Source: a virus
Taxonomy: Duplodnaviria; Heunggongvirae; Uroviricota; Caudoviricetes
Length of the DNA: 8,922 nucleotides
Direction: 5' to 3' (one strand)
IMG/VR virus record: IMGVR_UViG_2660238499_000001
Below are positions 7,575 through 8,922 of the stretch, piece after piece. Numbering within the stretch: the first letter of the stretch is position 1; the number at the start of each line of letters is the position of its first letter. A program made the position numbers and the translations under genes. The notes beneath the pieces were generated by a model, which worked only from the letters and a program-made list of their open reading frames with translations, was not told the origin of the DNA and did no database searches.

Positions 7575-8004
7575 CTGACACATCCTGTGCGAGATTTATT
7601 ACGTAACTTCTGCGGATTTGCTGAGTAACAGGGAAAATCCGATACAACGGGTTAATGAACGAGTCGCCATGCGTAACTATGACGTTGAAATGCCACAGTC
7701 GCTCTCCTTTACCCATATATTCAGTGGGTATGTACAACCATTCACTGTTTTCGCCCTGTTCAGCCGACGTCAGACAACGTTGTTCGCCTTCAATCACTGT
7801 CGTCGGCTTCTGAACATCGCGGATCCAATATCTGACCGTTGCGCCGCGCAAAAACGGGAATTTAGACCGGTATTTGAACGGCACCCGGATGAAATCCGGT
7901 TTAATTTCCACATCACCAAGTTCTAAATGCGTGATGTCCTTGCGTTTTAGCAAATAGCGATCGGCTAAGGCTAACGCAAGAACGCATACACCCCAGCCAA
8001 TCAT
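7561..8004 (-). CDS. lydB: LydB-like lysis regulator (antiholin-like), 147 aa
   Basis: ATG overlaps the holin-like gene stop (ATGA at 8001-8004). One N-terminal hydrophobic segment (MIGWGVCVLALALA), then a soluble domain. Position after the holin gene matches the P1 lydA-lydB arrangement as recalled. Confidence 0.65.
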   Translation of the reverse strand: MIGWGVCVLALALADRYLLKRKDITHLELGDVEIKPDFIRVPFKYRSKFPFLRGATVRYWIRDVQKPTTVIEGEQRCLTSAEQGENSEWLYIPTEYMGKGERLWHFNVIVTHGDSFINPLYRIFPVTQQIRRSYVINLAQDVSDDEK

Positions 8005-8330
8005 TTCCCGCCTCCCTTTTTCACCAAACTTGTAAGAACATTCAGAATGCTATCGATATTCACTCGTTTCATCCCTGAAATCACCTCATGACCGTTATTG
8101 CTGGCTATCGTTACCATTAAGTACGTAATTGATAACTCCCAGCCCTCGTGTTGCCCCAATAGGTACGCCACCGCGCCAGCTGTCACTGCAACAAAGATCT
8201 CCGTAACCAATCCCAACAAATTGCCAGACTGGCGACCGTCTCGGACATCCATCAGGAACGTGCCTATCCCACCAATTACTGAAAGCAGGAGCGCAATAGC
8301 AACTGGAGCTAATTCCTGTGTGTCAAGCAC
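8001..8330 (-). CDS. lydA: Holin, LydA-like (109 aa), GTG start
   Basis: Two to three predicted transmembrane segments and a charged C-terminus (KKGGGK). AGGAGG lies 5 nt upstream of the GTG at 8328-8330. Confidence 0.75.
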   Translation of the reverse strand: MLDTQELAPVAIALLLSVIGGIGTFLMDVRDGRQSGNLLGLVTEIFVAVTAGAVAYLLGQHEGWELSITYLMVTIASNNGHEVISGMKRVNIDSILNVLTSLVKKGGGK

Positions 8331-8335
8331 AAGTT

Positions 8336-8357
8336 CCCTCCTACGTTGTCAGGAGGT
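8336..8357 (-). promoter_or_regulatory. Possible RBS-sequestering hairpin at the lydA-like start
   Basis: On the mRNA, CCUCCU (complement of 8351-8356) can pair with the SD AGGAGG (complement of 8337-8342) across an 8-nt loop. Six-bp stem; stability not calculated. Confidence 0.3.
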
Positions 8358-8397
8358 AATGGTATGCAAAGTAACTTCTCAACCGGTCATTTGTTGC

Positions 8398-8679
8398 TTA
8401 AGAGGCATTTCTATTGAGGTACGAATCGATAATCCTTTGTAACTTTTCAAGAATGAGCCTGTTATTGATGCTGCAAATAATAGTCACGCAATTCTGAAGA
8501 CTTTCATCCATACCCTTATATTCCGCGAAATACATGCCTATAAAGCCTGCAAGTACGGCAGCAATACACTCGGCCATCAATTGCCTGCATGACGCTTCGT
8601 AACGTTTTTCACGAACCCCATTCAGAAACGAATGCACCCCGCCAAGGATGGAGAGGAGCATTATTGTGAAATCAAACAT
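8398..8679 (-). CDS. Holin-like membrane protein, paralog of the LydA-like protein (LydC-like), 93 aa
   Basis: SD GAGG 8 nt upstream of the ATG at 8677-8679. Aligns with the LydA-like protein (LLS.IGG...FL..VR and E.I.AV.AG motifs). First gene of the operon. Confidence 0.6.
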   Translation of the reverse strand: MFDFTIMLLSILGGVHSFLNGVREKRYEASCRQLMAECIAAVLAGFIGMYFAEYKGMDESLQNCVTIICSINNRLILEKLQRIIDSYLNRNAS

Positions 8680-8715
8680 AACTATTTCCTCAATAGTGAA
8701 TTAAATCTCATTGGG

Positions 8716-8754
8716 AAACGGTATGTACTTTGTGATTTCCACACATACTGGTTT
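8716..8754. promoter_or_regulatory. Imperfect dyad symmetry in the divergent lydC-like/cin-like intergenic region; candidate operator
   Basis: Arms aaacggtatgt (8716-8726) and acatactggttt (8743-8754) are near reverse complements (one indel), separated by 16 bp. Confidence 0.3.
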
Positions 8755-8762
8755 TTGTTAAT

Positions 8763-8809
8763 TAAAATCAGCAGCTTGCTATAAATAACGATAGTGAGCA
8801 GAAAATATG
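8763..8809 (+). promoter_or_regulatory. Candidate sigma70-like promoter for the cin-like gene
   Basis: TATAAA at 8782-8787 with TTAATT 16 nt upstream, ~20 nt before the cin ATG. Weak match, by eye only. Confidence 0.2.
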
Positions 8810-8865
8810 CTAATAGGCTATGTACGCGTATCAACAAATGAACAAAACACTGCTTTACAACGAAA
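8807..8865 (+). pseudogene. cin: 5' fragment of a Hin/Gin/Cin-family serine invertase gene (cin-like), truncated by IS26
   Basis: Translation from the ATG at 8807-8809 gives MLIGYVRVSTNEQNTALQRK, the canonical invertase N-terminus including the catalytic Ser. The frame runs into the IS26 repeat at 8866 and stops at 8882-8884. Confidence 0.75.
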
Positions 8866-8922
8866 GGCACTGTTGCAAAGTTAGCGATGAGGCAGCCTTT
8901 TGTCTTATTCAAAGGCCTTACA
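8866..8922 (-). mobile_element. IS26 (IS6 family) terminal end, truncated by the window edge; tnp26 would be on the minus strand
   Basis: 8866-8922 (ggcactgttgcaaagttagcgatgaggcagccttttgtcttattcaaaggccttaca) matches the IS26 terminal inverted repeat and adjacent tnp-distal sequence as I recall it. Confidence 0.9.

Noticed and set aside
6933-8442. Plus-strand ORFs 6933..7241, 7381..7578, 7392..7628, 7618..7926 and 8098..8442, antisense to the hdf-like, lydB-like and lydA-like genes
   Set aside because: They overlap well-supported minus-strand genes and lack RBS or recognisable features.
8774-8790. Partial resemblance (about 10 of 17) to the P1 C1 repressor operator consensus as I recall it (ATTGCTCTAATAAATTT)
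   Set aside because: The match is weak, the consensus is from memory, and cin is not known to me to be C1-controlled.
8682-8912. Minus-strand ORF (76 aa) spanning the intergenic region, the cin-like start and the IS26 end
   Set aside because: It crosses the IS26 junction and a promoter region and lies antisense to the invertase N-terminus; almost certainly an artefact.
1-8922. Search for CRISPR arrays, tRNA or rRNA genes
   Set aside because: No repeat-spacer periodicity, no tRNA-like cloverleaf candidates in the short intergenic regions, and no rRNA-like sequence were seen.

Overview
The window reads as a piece of a P1-like temperate phage or phage-plasmid genome, bracketed by insertion sequences. 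Left edge: the 3' end of an IS3-family (IS2-group) transposase gene and element end (1..~414), then a decayed IS1-family element on the minus strand (533..1290; insA start position is ATA, insB is frameshifted). Centre (1391..8679, all minus strand): one tightly packed operon, transcribed right to left. It starts with two paralogous holin-like genes and an antiholin-like gene (lydC-like, lydA-like, lydB-like), followed by four genes whose order and sizes (200-203, 639, 121, 995 aa) match what I recall of the phage P1 darA antirestriction operon (hdf, darA, ddrA, ddrB), and ends with a translationally coupled 102-aa highly acidic ORF. Right edge: the first ~20 codons of a Hin/Gin/Cin-family serine invertase gene (cin-like), cut off by the terminal inverted repeat of IS26, which runs to the window end. 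The Dar assignments rest on synteny, protein length and internal sequence features, not on alignment, which I cannot run. The most interesting observations are domain-level hypotheses for these mechanistically obscure proteins: an HELGH zinc-peptidase motif in the DdrB-like protein, a shared module between Hdf-like and DarA-like proteins, and two small very acidic proteins. No rRNA, tRNA or CRISPR array was seen.
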